A stretch of DNA of 63,891 nucleotides, the filler included, from Chiloscyllium plagiosum (Eukaryota): assembly GCF_004010195.1 (NCBI RefSeq). It is 5 parts of one record of this genome, joined end to end, with 100 filler letters (N's around TTAATTAATTAA, not from the genome) between each part and the next. Parts side by side here need not be neighbours in the genome. Positions count along the whole stretch, not along the records: positions 1 to 16,493 come from NC_057717.1; 4 more parts are not named here. One strand, 5' to 3'. Both the position numbers and the translations under genes were made by a program. Shown here piece by piece: positions 1 to 12,811 of the stretch (position 1 is the stretch's first letter; each line of letters opens with the position of its first letter). Below the pieces are notes generated by a model, which was not told where the DNA came from, made no database searches, and worked only from the letters and a program-made list of their open reading frames with translations.

Positions 1-300
1 ATCCCTCCTGCGCTCTCTCTCAACACATTCTCTGGCGGCCTCTCTCTCCACCCCACTCTCTCTCGCGCGCTCTCATACCTCCTCCCTTTATTTATATGCT
101 TTCCCTCTCTCTCCCATCCTCCCGCCCTCTCTCTCACCTATTTTCCCTCTCTTCCCCGCCTCTCTTTCACTTTGTGCAGATCTCTCACTCTTTGTCTCGC
201 ACCAAGCCTCTGTTTCGTCGTTCCTGTCAATCTCTCTCTCCGCCCTCTCACGGTCTCTCCCACCAAACTCTCTCTCCCTCTTCCTCGCTCTTTTCCTCCT
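1..300. repeat. CT-rich low-complexity / degenerate (CT)n microsatellite
   Basis: Pyrimidine tract of ctct/ccct; the ORFs through it are low-complexity ER/SL translations. Confidence 0.9.
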
Positions 301-301
301 C

Positions 302-1039
302 CTGCAATATCTGCAATACACCAGATACGGTACCATACAAAATACACCATTAACATTGACCATAACAGAATGAAATTGGCTGAGATAACAAACAGTAAAA
401 TCATGGATGTTTTTCGATTTCTCATTTCTGTGTCAGAACGAGGGTCCACATTTGTGTGAGCCCGGAGTCTTCTGCGGGCTTTGCTGGTCACTACAATGTA
501 TCTGACGGTGAAAACATTGAGCAACAGAATCAGGAAAAATGGCAAAGCCGGGGTGAGAATATTGTGGACGAACTCAATTGTGATCCAGACACGGGAGTCA
601 TAAACACCGATTGCTCCCATACAAAACCAGGGTGTGTGCCCCAGATGATACCGAGTTGAAAGCATAAAATACCAGAAAATATTCTTTAAACAACTCAGTA
701 CAGTCACTGTTCCCAGAACCACAGCCGCCGTGTTCTCACTGCAATATTTACTTTTCAGATTCTGGCAACAAATGGCCACAAATCGATCAAAAGTGAAAGT
801 GACGGTGAACCAGACAGAGCAGTCAGTGGCTGCATAAAGCAGGACGGCGTGGATATTACACACGGGTATGGACTCCAGGAAACAAAACATTTCATTATAA
901 ACAATGGGAATGTGTCTCATTATAAGGTCGAGGATAATGACCAGTAGATCCGCCACTGCCATGGCCCCCAGATAACGTCTGACACATGGAGACAATTCAC
1001 AATCTTTATAAAGCAGAACGTAGACGGTCACTACGTTAA
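302..1039 (-). pseudogene. GPR139/GPR142-like rhodopsin-family GPCR, exon 2 (TM1 end to TM6), truncated before TM7
   Basis: ORF 138..1067(-) has YLGAMAVADLLVIILD (TM2), CNIHAVLLYAATDCSVWFTVTFTFDRFVAICC (TM3 with DRF), TM5 LPFFLILLLN and TM6 SMILLFVISANFILLW. The splice acceptor tttttcttcctcacag|TTAAC is at 1040/1039 (phase 1). The frame runs into the CT tract after TM6. Confidence 0.85.
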
Positions 1040-1559
1040 CTGTGAGGAAGAAAAACAAACACATCATACATTAGCCTGGAGACAAAGTGACCAGTTTGAC
1101 AGAGGGGCCAGTGAAATTTTCAAATGTGTCACCGTATTTAGAGATTTATGGAAATAATTTGAGGTGGAATAACAATACGGAAAGTCTGCATGGCTGGCAA
1201 AAAATACATCGTAATAAACAAAATGCCCTCCCTCCCCAAACACACAGAGACATATCCATAACAACAGGTGTTTTTTGGAATATTCCCACACAATCAATCA
1301 CTCGAAAGCAGACACAAGTCACTTCCTTCCAGTTCCGTATACGGTAAGTGAAAACGTTTCTGTTCTGCATGCTCTCTCGAAGCTCCTTGAAGACAAATGG
1401 AGTTCGGAAAATTCCATCTTTTCGGCTAAATTGTGGGAAAAGGTATGAAACGCTTTAACTGCCTGAGGGTACTTCGGAACATTATCTCCTTCTCCCTGGA
1501 ACGGGATCTATTCCCTCGAGATCATATCGTTTGCTCAATTCACTGAAGTCCAGCCGTTC

Positions 1560-1920
1560 ACAAGTAATGTCAGGGACAAAATGTCCCAGGCAACGTCAGT
1601 TAAAAAATGACGGGTTTAGAAAATGACGGGGAATGTCAGTTTTCGAATGTTTAGTACAGAATGTTCCGGGAAATGTCAGTTGTAGAATGTTGGGTACAAA
1701 ATATTCCAGGGAATGTCAGTTATGCAATGTTGGGTAGAGAATGTTCCGGGGAATGTCAGTTATAGAATATCGGGTGCAGGATATTCCTCGCAATGGTAGT
1801 TATACAACGTTCTTCACAGACTTTTCCGGGAAAATTCCTTTTTAAAATGTTGAGTACAGAGTGTTATGGGGAATGTCAGTTATACAATTTCCAGTACATA
1901 ATGTGCCAGGAAATCTTCTG
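1560..1920. repeat. Degenerate tandem repeat, ~38 bp unit (ggggaatgtcagttatagaatgttgggtacagaatgttcc)
   Basis: gaatgtcagtt...gtacaga recurs about 9 times. Confidence 0.85.
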
Positions 1921-1924
1921 AAGG

Positions 1925-2860
1925 CATAGCAGCACACTTTCCAACCATTCCCTCCGCTATCTTGATGACTTTATCGGCCACACAGTTCATAAACATTAAC
2001 ATCATGTTTATTGCACCCCCATCTCAAATTCACTTGGACCATCTCAGACACCTTTCCCCACTCACTTCCTGGATCTCTCCAACTCCATCAATGGTGACAG
2101 ACTCAACATTGCATCTTGTAGCTCACTGACACCCACAGCTCCCTGGAATATACACGCACCCACCCTGCCTCCTGTAAAACGCCATCTCTTATTCTGAATT
2201 CCTTCACTTCCAAAGCGTCTGCTCCCAGGATGACCAATTCCAATAAGAAAATCCCAGAGGGCCTCCTTCTTCAAAGGTCACATTTTCCTCTCGAAAATGG
2301 TGGATGATGCCTTCCAGCGCATCGCCTCTAGATCTCTCCACTCTTGAAAATCCAAACCCCCTCTCCCACCAAAACAATGTCAGGGCGCCCTGGTCCTCAC
2401 CATCCACCGCAACAATCAGCAGACACCACACATCATCCTTCGCCGTTTCTTCCACATACAGTCGGACACCACCATCAGAGACATATTTCCCGGCCCATAA
2501 CTATCAGCTTTACGGAGAGACCATTTCCTCTGCTGCTCCCTTGTCAGGTCCCGCCGCACCCCCCGCCCCCCCCACACCGTCACTCCCCCACCAGTCTACC
2601 CACCACTCCTGGCACCTTCCAATTCCACCACAGGAAGTGCAAAACCGATAGCCATATTAACCCCGCACCTCCGTCCAAGACCCTAAAGGATCGTTTCACA
2701 TCTGGCATAAATTTTTGCAGCTCCACACATTTGTGCCCGTCGATCCCGATGTGGACTCCTCGATATTTGGGAGACAGGATGGCAACTTATGAATCGTTTC
2801 AGAGAATATCTCTGGGACAAAAGGATCAACTAACCCAACCGCCCAATGGCTTTAAACTAC
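1925..2860 (+). mobile_element. Old, degenerate Penelope-like element fragment (RT C-terminus to GIY-YIG region)
   Basis: Homologous to the copies at 21.8-23.9 kb (cttcctggatctctcc..., HHRKCKT, aactacatatctccc). Confidence 0.6.
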
Positions 2861-2872
2861 ATATCTCCCTCG

Positions 2873-3190
2873 GTTGGCATGGTGGCTCAGTGGTTATCAT
2901 TGCTGCCTCACGGTGCCAGGGACCGTGGTTCAATTCCAGCTTTCAGTGACTGCCTGAATGTGGTTTTCCTGTTTTCCTCCAGGTGTTCCGGTTTTCTCCC
3001 ACAACCCGAAGATGTGCAGGTTAGGTCAATTGGCCGTGTTAATTTGCCCGTAGTTTTAAGGGATGTGCAGGCATGCTGCATTAGTCAGTTGTAAATAAAG
3101 CTGACGGGAATGGGTTTCCATGGGGTCCGGTTCGGAGTGATGGTGTGGAATTGTTGGGCCGAAGACCCGTTTCCACACTGTAGGAATTCA
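2873..3190 (+). mobile_element. HE1-type V-SINE (tRNA-derived), diverged
   Basis: ggcatggtggctcagtggttatcattgctgcctcacggtgccagggacc...ggttcaattcc, then the V-domain and a CR1-like tail. Confidence 0.8.
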
Positions 3191-3304
3191 AAATCAAACT
3201 CTCCCATGCCATCAAGGATATGCAGGTCCTTGGCCTCCTCCACCGCCAAAATGTGACCGCCCGACTCCTGGAGAAAGAACTCCTCACATTCCACCTTGGG
3301 AAGA

Positions 3305-3895
3305 GATGTTCATGCATTTGCAAACGAAAGGACTGATTAGGGATCGTCAAAATGGGTTTATGCGTGGGAAATCATGTCTCATAGACATGATCGAGTTTTT
3401 TTTTGAAGAAGTAACAAAGTGGATTCTTGAGGAAATAGCGTTAGATGTGATCTATACGGACTTCAGTAAGGCGTTCGACAAGATTCTCCATGGGCGACTG
3501 GTGAGCAAGGTTGGATCTCACGGATTACAGGGAGAACTAGCAATTTAGTACAGAACTGAGTCAAAGGTAGAAGACAGAGGATGGAGGTGGAGGGTTGTTT
3601 TTTTAAGACCGAAGGACTATGACTGTTGGAGTGGCATAAGGATCGGTGCTAGGTTTACGAATTGTCGTCATTTATATAAATAATTTGCATGTGTGAATAT
3701 GAGGTATAGTTAGGAGCTTGCAGATGACACCAGAATTGGAAGTGCAGTGGACTGGGACGGAGGTTACCTTAGATTATAACAGGATATTGACCAGATGGGC
3801 CAATGGGCTGAGGAGTGGCAGATGGAGATTAATTCAGATAAATGCGACGTGCTGCTTTTTGGGAAAGCAAACCTTCGCAGCTCCTATACACTTAA
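3305..3895 (+). mobile_element. CR1 LINE ORF2 (RT) fragment
   Basis: GFMRGKSCL...DVIYTDFSKAFDK; GQWAEEWQMEINSDKC. Confidence 0.9.
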
Positions 3896-6800
3896 ATGTA
3901 TATTACTGGCGATTAAGCCAGAGGGCGATAAGTTCAGTGAGCGATTCACTCGCTCTGGAAGCAAGCAACAAAGTTAATCCCATCAACACCGATATTCTTG
4001 ATGGAGACATGCTGCACTGCAAAGCATCTATACACCGCGATGACAATGATGAACCATATGAGAAGAAGTGGTTCACGAGATTGGTTGACCCAGATCAGTT
4101 GTTATTGTGCGAGTATTTCTTGGAGTGATCACAGATGTGCAGTCAGTGTGAACTTATGCAAAATATCTGAAATGGCAAGTAGACCCTATCTTTTTGATGT
4201 GGAAGGGTTCGCTCCTCACGTGCCACTGGCACAGGCGTCCGGTAACAGGTGGCAGGATTTGAGGCCATGGGCGCTAAAGGCACAAAGAACGAAATACTGG
4301 ATCTTCAGGGATGATGTGGGTATCTGGTTCAACGCAGATTTGCGAACATATAAGAAGAAACTTAATTGGCTAAATCAGGCACATAGGTAACACCCACTAG
4401 ACCAGAAATGTTAGGAGACGAGCCTGGCGTTTCCCTGACCCAAGATTAAAAACGGCCCGTACTGAGTTGTGAGCAAAAGGCAAACATAACGTTCGGCTCA
4501 TATGGGGATGTGAGCCCATCAGGATAAACCAGAAGTCTGAGTATCGTCCTTGCTAAACTCAATACCCGTTAAAACCTCAGGCCATAGAAGGAATTATGCC
4601 AGTCTTTAAATTCCTCCGAAAGGCTGGAGTGATAATCCCCTGGGAAAACTCACCAGTGAGAACCCCCACCGTTCCAGTCAAAAAGGCAAACTTTCCCGGT
4701 GAATCAGAGGAATGGAGGTTTGTTCAAGACTTGCAGGCAGTCAATAATGCTGTTGTCGCACACGCCTCAAATGTTCCCAACCCCTATAATATATGAGCTC
4801 AAATTCCAGCGGACTGTAAATGGTTCTCTGCTGCTGATTTAGCAAATGCCTTCTTTTATGTACTGGTGCACCCAGATAGTCAATTCTGGTTAGCTTTCTC
4901 ATTCAAAGGGAAATCATATACCTTCAGCCGACTTTGTCAAGGTTAGTGTGAGTCCACCACAATATATATAATGAGGCTCTACATCGGGGTTTGGTAACTC
5001 ATGCTCTAACCCGGGGGTCAGCGCTTCTGTAGTATGTAGACAATTGCTGAATAGCGGCACCGACAGAGGAACAATGTGAGAAGGATACCCTTGCGTTGCC
5101 CTGCCGTCTAGCGAGGGGAGGGCACAAAGTCAGCCTCACAAAGCTAAAATTTGTGTTCTTAGGTCACTTAATACCTGAGCAAGGGAAGGTTATTGGTGAA
5201 GAAAGAGTTCAAGCAATCCAGCAAATTCCAAAGCCTCACACGAAGAAACAATTCCTATCCGTTTGGGGCATGTGTTCCGACTGTGGAATGTATAGTCCAG
5301 ATTACGCAACCCTTGAGGCGCCCCGAAGTGACATAGCCCATGGCAAAGTGTTACAGAACCAGAGTCCGTTGCAGTGGACCCCAGCGGCAGGGGATGCCTT
5401 TGTTGAATTTTTAAAAAGCGCTCCAAATTACACCTACACTGAGAATTCCGAATCCAATCAAGCCTTTTCTTCAAATGGTAGATGAGAATCGTGGCTGCAT
5501 GACACCTGCGCTGTTGACGGATCATGGGGGTAAATTAAGACCGGTATCATATTTTTCGGCTAAACTAGACCCCATAGCGGCAGGATTGCCTAAATGCCTG
5601 CGAGTCGTGGCTGCAGCTGAAAAGGCTGCTGTAGCATCCAGCGATATATTCGGCTATGGTGAATTAACACTACTGGCCCCACATGCGGTATCCTCAATGC
5701 ATTCCGAACAAAAGACCGCACACGTGTCGCCAGCACGTTGGCTCAGATGTAATACTGTGTTATTGGAGATGGCTAACATTACAATAAAGCGATGTAACGA
5801 CCTTAACCCTGATAGCCTTCTCCCACAGAAGAAGATGGAAACCCACATGCTTGTGTCGCTGTAACTCTGAAATTTGCAGCCCTAGGCTAGATTTTCAGGA
5901 TTCACCACTTTTAAATCCAGATATCGAATTTTTTTCTTTGTGGATGTGTCAGCATGGAGCAAGGAGACAGGCAAAAATTGTGTTTGGTATGCTGACGTGA
6001 CTGCCCACGACAAAGAAAAGGGGGATCACTCCCTTCTCATCTGTCAGGTCAAGCAGCGGATCTGATTGCCTTGACTGAGTCATGTAAATTGGCTAAAGGA
6101 AGGACAGTGAATAGTTACACCGATATCAGATATGCATTCGTGGTTGTACATGATTTTTGGCACACTGTGGATACACAGGGACTTCTTGACCTCCACCGGG
6201 AAGACCATCACACAACGTAGCTTGATTTCTGACCTCCTGGAAGTGGTCCTGTTGCCTAAATCAATGTCTGTGTGTAAATGTGTAGCACATCGAAAAATAA
6301 TGATTCTATTTCTCAAGGCAATGCGAGGACAGCCTCAGCGGCAAGAACGACAGCCCAGCAACTGATAGACATGTGTATGACAAAAATCTGTACTCCAACT
6401 GCAGACATACGGGAGTTACAGTGACAGGCCACGTCGGAAGAAAAGCGTGAGTGGATGAAAGCAGAAGCAGTGTGAGGGAAGGAATATGGTGTGGCCTCAA
6501 TTGTACACCCTGTCTACCAAAATCATTATTTCCATTTCATGCCAAACTGACACACGGTAAGGACCATGTGTCAAAAGGAGGGATGTACACGAAGGGATTT
6601 ACTCTTTACTCCCAGAAATATTGTGAAAGTTGTGTTATCTGTGCCACTAATAATGTTGGGAGGGGAATAAAGATCGGGCAGGCAGCACAACCCCAATCCC
6701 CAAAACCCTTTGAACATTTGCAGATGGGTTTGATTGAACTAACGCCCAACGAGGGGAAAAGGTATTGTCTGGTAATAGTCGATACGTTTTCCATTTGGGT

Positions 6801-7130
6801 GAAAACGTTCCCCACTTCTAAACCGGATGCCAGTGTAGCAGCCAACGCTTTCCGAACTGAGATAATTCCGAGATGTGGCATCCCTGAAAGGTTTAGTAGC
6901 GACAATGGGACTATGAATTGGATAATAAACATTTATGCATGGATACTTGCGGGCACTTAGTAGCATCCAGCACGGCCAATGGGGCACCTGACACTGGAAA
7001 TAGGTATTCTACGATCAAGGTAGGAGGGACCAGGGCATGAGTGATAATATGCACGACTCAGAAGAGCAATGAGAGATTCTGGTGGTGTGCGATAGATAGA
7101 CCATTCTCCAACATCTCTCGGCAGGTGAAT

Positions 7131-7518
7131 TTCACAACCTACACACGGATGTTAAAAACCACCATTTCGACTGGGACAACACATCTATTCTGGGACAGGC
7201 TCAGCAAAGACATGCCAGAGAATTCCTAGATGCCTGGCACTCCAACCACAAAGCCATAAACAAACACATTGATCTAGATGCTACCTAACAACACCTCAGA
7301 AAACTAACAGGAAATGACATCACCACAAACCCCCGGAACCCCATCCAGGAAAAAAGATACAAATAGACATCAGGAGAGAACAGCTTCACTTCACTTGGAA
7401 GTCGCTACTGATGATGCTACCTCGCTAGATAATGAAATGTCTGGATATCAAATCTACAGCGCAGCGAGCAAACCTACACACGAAACCTCAACCTGAGCTA
7501 CAAACCTTCACAAACCTT
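7131..7518 (+). mobile_element. Penelope-like element 3' fragment inserted in the ERV integrase
   Basis: Encodes HHFDWDNTSILGQAQQRHAREFLDAWHS (GIY-YIG C-terminus) and a hammerhead-like ctgatga...gaaa at ~7408. Flanked by the direct repeat gcaggtgaat (7121-7130 and 7519-7528). Confidence 0.85.
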
Positions 7519-7789
7519 GCAGGTGAATATAGTATTACAGTCGCCCTCGCTGAAGATGCAGTTCAGAAGATCCTACAGAGGATATAAGCATCAGGGCATG
7601 GCAACCAACCAAACCAGATAATGGACCAACCCCAAGCAGGGCCGAGGGCATTAATGTCTTGCCCAAACCTGAAGGGAGTCGGCTGAGGCTCGAGAGCGAG
7701 TCTAACTCAGTATTCGAATTGGCCCCGCAGGAGATAAAGGCCATTAGGTTCGGAGGTGCGAGGAGCCATTGCAAGATGTGAAGAGAACA

Positions 7790-8870
7790 GAGCATGTGAT
7801 TTGGCCTTAACACAACACCAGAGATTGGACGTTGGATTAACTTGTTGGATATGTTTGCACACAGCCCAACGATAGACTGCCGAACCAATCACAGAGATCC
7901 TGGTTAGAAATGCTAGCTGCCTGCTTCTGCGGGCAGCGACTACCCTGGTCCTGATAGGGGGAGCAATTAGGGCAAATCTCGGGCCACCACACGAACTCCA
8001 GGCTACCTGCAGTCTCAAGGCTGACAGTCTCCCGACCACAGCCTTTTGCACCAATCTGGCGAGACTACTTTTGGGGATCGCTCAATGTACCACAACGCTG
8101 TGCTTGAACAATGATTATTGCTCAGCAATCTATGGAAATGGTACCATCAGAAACATTGCTTGTTCCTTTATCAATAATGACACCATGATGGCGGGCATAA
8201 TTTGGTCCTGTGGAGAGAAAGGGTACCATCAACTTCCTCTGGGATGGGAGGGGTGCTGCTATCCCGCGATACTGTCCACTGGCACAATAGTGCTCGTCCC
8301 AAGGGCCGGTAATAGACGCACCCGAAGCGAACACCCCACGGCATTGCAATGTGTACACATTCGCAGACCTTGGACTACACCAGGAGCGAACATTGTGTGT
8401 TCCATTCTCTTGGGAGCAGGGACAACGGTGGAATTAAAAAAAATTAATGGTCTCGAATATAGTGTATTACTGTTAGCAAATGAGACGGAGGAAGGCCAAG
8501 CACTTATTAACACTGAGCTAATAGCGGTTAGGGAAGCAGTGATGCAAAATCGACGATTGCCAGGCGTACTGACGGCAGAGAGACGGGCGTCTGCAAAATG
8601 TTATGTACCTCATGCTGTTTTAATATCGCTGAGTGTAATAAATATCACGAGTGTAATAAATCATGTGAAGGCAGCAATAAGGTCGCCTCCCCCAGCAGGT
8701 GACTACTGGTTCCGATGGCTCACTTTCCTTTGGGGAGGTTTATTGGATCCTACACGTTCTTCTATTTGTAGGACTGGTCTGACTCATCGTGCTTTGTATC
8801 GGACCCTGCTTGTGTACCTGCCTACGCCGCTTGCTATGAGTGCAGTAGGATACGAAATGGTAAAATTACA
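7790..8870 (+). pseudogene. env: Retroviral env (gamma-type), frameshifted
   Basis: SU CWIC motif at ~7843-7855 and furin-like RRTR at ~8312-8325. Heptad/ISD VREAVMQNR, then GVCKMLCTSCCF (CX6CC) in a shifted frame at ~8585-8620, and a hydrophobic TM region downstream. Confidence 0.85.
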
Positions 8871-9130
8871 CTGGCCCCACGGAAGGACGAATCGCTTGCA
8901 TGGACGCCACACTACCTTGATATTGACGAGTGGACGTGTGAACATGGGCTGTGGACAGGGCACACTTGAGGCAATGTGACGATACCGCCACAAAGCTGTG
9001 TTACAGGTAGGTGGTGTCCGAGGAAAGGCCTGGTGTTCCCTCAGCATTTTTGATGCATAGCTATTCTGGCTCTGTATTTTTTTTATTATTGTTGTCCTTG
9101 TTGTCATAAAATGACAAAAATGGAGGAAAA

Positions 9131-9551
9131 CGTAATAGAAAATGAACAAATGTAATATTTCCTGTGAAATCTGAAAGAGAATGCTTTGCTAAATTTAATA
9201 ATTTTCTGAACTTTGCAAATACTTTGCTGAGTTCTGCAGTCGAGGAGAGAGCTTGTGTTTGTTGAACTTCGTAAACATTCACCCTGACCTCGCAAGCAGT
9301 TGAAATCAGCGAAAAGCTAAGGGAAAACATAAGAACAGTTACGTCCACAGCTAGGGAATGAGTAAATAACAACTCGAGTCTTCCCAGCCCTTGTCCTGAG
9401 CCCGTGATAAGAATGGTATAAAAAGAATATGTGAATTAGCCGCGCTGCCATTACACAACATATTTTTGCCAAGTGTACCGCCGTGCAAGCAGGTTTTAAA
9501 ATGAAGCTTTTTCTTAACCTGAAGTCAGATCGGTTTTAGTTTCCAAGTCGG
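9131..9551 (+). repeat. 3' LTR of ERV copy 1
   Basis: Follows the purine tract aaaaatggaggaaaa. Starts (t>c)gtaatagaaaat, like the 5' LTR starts of copies 2 and 3 (tgtaatagaaaat, tgtaatataaag). TATA-like tataaaa at ~9417; ends near tttccaagtc. Confidence 0.7.
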
Positions 9552-9554
9552 ATT

Positions 9555-11575
9555 TTTAAAAAAAAGTCACATGAACTTACTGATTACAGATTGTGTGCTG
9601 TCCCAACAAAATAGTATGTCTCTGCAAATACAAATATGCAAATGAAATTTCGCTCCATAAATTTATATGTATGCACATATGTGTGTGAGGAAAAGAGAAT
9701 GCATACGTGTGTATTTTGTCAGCGAGTGCACGTGTGAGAGGGAGGATGTGTTGAGAGAGAAAGGTTTGTGTGTGATGGAGTATATGTGTGTGACGGAGTG
9801 TGAATGAATGTGTGCTTGCGTGAGGGTGTGTAAGAGTGAAAGTCTGTGAGAAAGTATGAGCATTTTTGTGCACGTGTTTGAGTCTCTGCATGACAGCAAA
9901 TACTGTGGTGGGCCACATGTCGTGTGACATGAACTCAAGATCTCGGTTGATGCACTCCTCGTGGATACTGATTTACTGAATATGGCGATCAGCCACTGCT
10001 CAGCAACTTAGCATTCTTGTGTATCTAGAAGTCCAACTTGGAGAATGTTCACCCGAAGTTGCACGGCGGATTAGCCTTTATAACAGAGTTTTGTGCGACT
10101 GGGAGGGAATATCCCTTCTGGCGCCTGTTCTAGGTGTCCATTCATCCGTTGTCGCAGGGTCGAATAGTCTCGACAATATACATTGCCTTTGGGCAAATTT
10201 TCAGAGTGTGAGATAGACAACGTTGGCCGAGTCACATTAGTACCTGCTGCCCTCGTGGTACGTGCTGTCCTCACGTGTAATGGCAGCATCTATGTTGATG
10301 CTCTGTCTTGTCTTGCAAAGTTTGCCGGGGCACAGTGTGTGGTATTGTGGTCTACCGCTGCCTGATGGCTGGACAGTTTGCTTGAACAATGATCTGTTAA
10401 AGGTTTTGCAATTGATTAAAGGCAAGAAGTGGAGATACAGGGAAGATCTTGGCGAGATGCTCATCGTCATCGACAATCTGTTGCAGACTGCAAAGTACAT
10501 GGCATGATCCCTCCACTCCCGGAATGTACTGGACGACAAAGTGGACCCTATCAGTCATATCCTGTATCTGTTTTCTTAAGAGACCATCTCAGTTCTCCAT
10601 TGCATACAGTATCATGTCCAGCTCCTACATAGGCTTCCTTTAGCACCTTCAAGTGTTCGCCACTTTCCTCCTCACCTGAACAGATCTTTGTGTTAATACG
10701 GCTTGCCCGTAGGGCATGCCTTTTTAAATTTATGTTTAAAATGGTAGCTGGAGAAGTGCGGCATCTTGAGGTTATCCATAGGCCTGCGGTAGAGTGAGGT
10801 ACTGAGTTGTTCGTCCGTGATGAAAATGCTTGTGTCGAAGAATGATATTGATTCTAATCAGTAGTCCGTGTTAAGTGTGTTCGTGGGATAGAACTTGTTT
10901 TACCACAATGTAGTTGATTCAGGCACTCCTCGCCATGTGTTCAGATGAATAAATTATCGTCTATGTATCTGGTGTGTCGCGTTTCTTGGAGGCCCTGTGC
11001 AGCAATATGTCTTTTTCGACATTGCGCATGACCATTTGTCATATTGGACTGTAAATGGGGTCCCATGGCCGCTCAGTGTGTCTGGATGAAGAATTGGTTG
11101 TCGAAGTTTTATATGCTCTGTTCGAAAGTGAAGCGAATTGGTTGTAGGATTTCACGGGGAGATTGGCACTTGTTGGTTTTGAGTACTGAGTCTATTGTAG
11201 CGACATCGTTGTCAAGGAGGATGCTGGTGCAGATGGCCATAACATAAATTATGACGAGGAATGTTCTTCGTTTGGGTAGTCTGTGGGTGTGAAGTTACTA
11301 TAGCAAATCTGTTGTGTTGCAAAAGAAGCTCGTGGCCCCCCGTACAATCGGTTTCAAGATGGGCTCGACATAGTCGGAGACGTTCTCACAAAGAATGCTA
11401 TTGAATGATATGATGGGAAATCTCGGTGTTTGGGATTTGTGAATCTTTACAAGGCAGTAGAAGTTGCTGAAGTGAGACGTATGGGGAAATAGAGTGTGTC
11501 GTGTACTCAGGAGGACTACATCAACAATCTTGATCAATCTTTTGACTTCACGAGTATGTTCTTTGACCATAGGCT
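9555..11575 (-). mobile_element. Penelope-like element (RT + GIY-YIG endonuclease + CA-rich 3' region), decayed
   Basis: FYCLVKIHK...PIISFNS..CENVSDYVEPILKPIV (Penelope RT), SANVVYL and TLRQRMNGH (GIY-YIG), and a long (CA)-rich tail. Confidence 0.85.
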
Positions 11576-11719
11576 GAAAGTTGATTTTAGTGTTCCTGGT
11601 CGAAATAAATTCTGGAGTTTACGTGTTAAAAAGTCAAAACCGCCATTCTGACTGATGAAAGACATAACATCAATCTCGTTTGTCCATTCAACTTCTCAAT
11701 CCTGCTAAAACGAAACAGA

Positions 11720-12790
11720 AAGTCGCTATGGAGCCTCTTGAGTCTGTGAAACCGAATCAGGAGGAGGCCATTCAGCCTCTAAATAAATTTACACCGTATT
11801 AGGAGTGCATTCGTTGTCTCCAGACAGTTAAAAATGAAGACGAAGAGGGCATTCAGCCTCGTGAGTCTATTACACAGGAGCAGTGGGGTGCCATTCGGCC
11901 AACTGAGTATTTTGCAGCGAGCAAAATGAGAACCTTCAGCCTCTCAAATGTGTTAAACAGAAAAGTGAAGAGGCATTCAGCCTCTTGTGTGTGGTACAGA
12001 CGAAAAGCACTCAACCATTGGCCTTTTGACTGGGTCAGACAGGAACAGGTAGAGTGCATCAGGATCTCATGCCTGTTACAAAGGAAGAGGAGCCCATTAA
12101 GGCTTTGGTTCTATTATAAGCAACAGTCAGTGGCCGGTAAGACACTTTGGTCTTTTATACGGGAACTGGAGGAAGTCATTTACAAATACATAGCAGGAGG
12201 AAATTCAACGTCACAATCCTGTTGCGCAAGAACAGGAGGAAGCTGTTCAGCCTCTCAAGCTATGACATAGGTAGAGAATGGGGCTATTCGCCTTCTATAG
12301 TGCGTTATAACGGCTCAAAATACGGCCATTCAAACCCTCGGGTGGACTACGCAGGATTAGGAGGAGGTCATTCAGCCTCTCGAGCCTTGTATATAACACG
12401 ACAGCAAGTTATTAGCACCATAGGCCTGCACTGAAAGGACTGCAGGTGTGAATTCAATTGCAAAATACGACACATGGAAATATTAGGGATTCATCAACGT
12501 ATTGGTTGAATCATAACAAAAAGCAAGGACTTCATTCAGACGCTTGAAAATGTTCTCTGAAACCAGGAGCAAGCATTATGCCCTATGGAGATTAAAGAGT
12601 GAGAAAAGCTGGAGGTCTTGCTGCCTCTCAATGCCATTGCACAGGAGCAGCAGGAGAGTATTTATTTTCTCAAACTTGGTTGAAATCAGCGGAAGTGCAT
12701 ACTTCAAAGATTTTAACTGAATTCATAAGGAAACGTAGAGATCATTCATCCTTGGAATTGTGACCCCAGAGAAAGAACAGGTCAGTCAGG
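11720..12790. repeat. Degenerate satellite, ~38 bp unit (caggaggaggccattcagcctctcgagtct...)
   Basis: ggccattcagcctc / aggaggag motifs recur many times; more decayed copies continue at ~14960-15720. Confidence 0.7.
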
Positions 12791-12811
12791 TCACAATGGG
12801 ATCTTACAACG

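Larger units (their letters stand above)
3896..9551 (+). mobile_element. Endogenous retrovirus copy 1 (5'-truncated): 2H-like domain, RT, RNase H, IN, env, 3' LTR; decayed
   Basis: RT motifs SPVRTP..PVKK, WRFVQDLQAVN and YVD(N) near 5030. Tether LRPVSYFSAKLDP, RNase H ~5930-6330, integrase PFEHLQM...EIIPRCGIPERFSSDNGT, env and LTR. Many stops and frameshifts. Confidence 0.92.

Noticed and set aside
2344..2949. Pro/His-rich 201-aa ORF
   Set aside because: Off-frame translation of decayed Penelope plus the HE1 SINE head.
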